In this document: piece after piece, positions 47,740 through 48,944 of the stretch | Numbering within the stretch: position 1 is the first letter of the stretch | How the letters are laid out: each line of letters opens with the position of its first letter | DNA from: Octopus bimaculoides | Taxonomy: Eukaryota | Assembly (NCBI RefSeq): GCF_001194135.2 | Contig: NC_068995.1 | Location: 13,630,725-13,679,668 of the forward strand | Direction of reading: 5' to 3' | Length of the DNA stretch: 48,944 nucleotides | Notes under the pieces: generated by a model | Seen by the model: the letters and a program-made list of their open reading frames with translations, nothing else | The model's database searches: none | Told to the model about the DNA's origin: nothing | Position numbers and translations under genes: made by a program

Positions 47740-47915
47740 GATTTTTTCTTCCTCCGTTTTTCTCTTCTTTGGACTTTCCTTGTTTCCAACGAAGAGCTCT
47801 GCTCGAAACGTCATATTCTCTCTCTTTCCTTTCCTGAGCGTCTAGTTACACAATCTGTATCAAGTCCTCACGTTGTTGTTGTTTTGTTTTTTTCCGTTTT
47901 TGAACTTATATATAT
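47740..47915 (+). mobile_element. Penelope-like terminal repeat fragment
   Basis: ACGAAGAGCTCTGCTCGAAACGTC resembles the GAAGA...CGAAAC motif of Penelope ends. CpG-rich relative to the flanks. Confidence 0.45.
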
Positions 47916-47986
47916 ATATATGTATATGTTAGGTTTATTTATTTGTTTTGTAAGATTCCTGATGCGGAATCATGTGTTAATACAAA

Positions 47987-48324
47987 TATGTTTTGGGATG
48001 GTAATTTTTTTTTTTTTTTTGCCAAATAAACACATGCACTATATATTTGTTCTTTACTTCAGATTTATTTTATTATTGTTCTTATTCTATGTCCTATGTC
48101 TGGAAATCTTTCGTCCAAATGGACTAAATAGGACAGGAAGGGACATGTGGGATGGAGAGTCACTGAAGATATCACAGGACATGTGACAGGAGATTTCCTA
48201 ACATAAGACATAAAATAAGAGCAATAATAAAATAATTCTGAAGTGAACAACAAATATATAGTATGTGTGTTTATTTGGCAAAAAAAAAAAAAAAGGAAGA
48301 AAAAAATTACCATCCCAAAATATA
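47987..48324. mobile_element. MITE with about 125-bp TIRs and TA ends
   Basis: 47987-48109 and 48191-48324 are inverted repeats around an 81-bp spacer. Confidence 0.85.
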
Positions 48325-48691
48325 ACAATATATATGTATATTTACATACATACTCCATGTAGATTATGAAAGTAATATAGTAACTATGGTTACTAATGGT
48401 TACTTTATTGAAAATATATAGATCTGAAATAATGTACTTATTCAATATGTTGGAAATGATATTAAATAGAGAATCTCCAGACATTGTTTAATGACAAGTC
48501 AACTACTTTCATCCGATTTATAATTTAACAAGTGACAAGACACAAGAAGTTTGACAATTACAAATTACCTATCTTAGAGTGGGAATTTCTATACACAATG
48601 TTCTAAATTGGAACATATTGCCAAGATTATATGTGTGTATGTATATGTGCATGTATATCTGTCTGTCTATCCAGATAGATAGATAGATAGA

Positions 48692-48797
48692 CATGGCTGT
48701 ATGATAAGAAGTTTGCTTGGACAAGTGTCTTCTACTATAACCTCAGACTGACCAAAGCCTTGTGAGATTTGATTCATAGAAACTGAAAGAAGCCTGT

Positions 48798-48800
<3 letters not shown>
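48692..48800 (+). mobile_element. SINE A/B head and core fragment
   Basis: caagtgtcttctactata..gaccaaagccttgtgag..aaactgaaagaagcc. Confidence 0.75.
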
Positions 48801-48866
<66 letters not shown>

Positions 48867-48944
48867 GACAGTTAATTCATCTGACTAAAATCCAACATGA
48901 TTACAGCCTAATGACTGAAGCAAGCAAAAGATGAAATATATATA

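Noticed and set aside
47638-48186. 182-aa hydrophobic ORF
   Set aside because: It crosses a SINE tail, a Penelope-like fragment, an (AT)n run and a T-rich MITE arm, so it is a compositional artefact.

Overview
AT-rich, repeat-dense animal genomic DNA with six N gaps. The SINE, MITE and LINE families look like those of Octopus (inferred from recalled repeat families, not searched). One protein-coding gene is well supported: a single-coding-exon, 369-aa type I membrane protein at 40154..41263 (+). It has a signal peptide, a long glycosylated N-terminal region with polybasic sites, one Ig domain, a transmembrane helix and a 16-aa tail. The rest is mostly transposon debris: nested CR1/L2-group, RTE, Dong/R4 and L1/Tx1 LINE remnants, a Ty3/Gypsy gag-pro remnant, an LTR-like block, a young hAT (Buster/Charlie) deletion derivative with a perfect 8-bp TSD, a maT/DD37D mariner, a probable ISL2EU-type SWIM/YqaJ ORF fragment, several long-TIR or foldback MITEs and many tRNA-derived SINEs. 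By eye the window also splits into CpG-depleted flanks (about 0.3-21.3 kb and beyond about 44.5 kb) and a CpG-retaining centre that holds the Ig gene. This suggests mosaic methylation and an unannotated host gene on the left, for which only weak exon candidates are visible. No clearly novel system is proven. The best leads are the orphan Ig receptor and the methylation-domain architecture.
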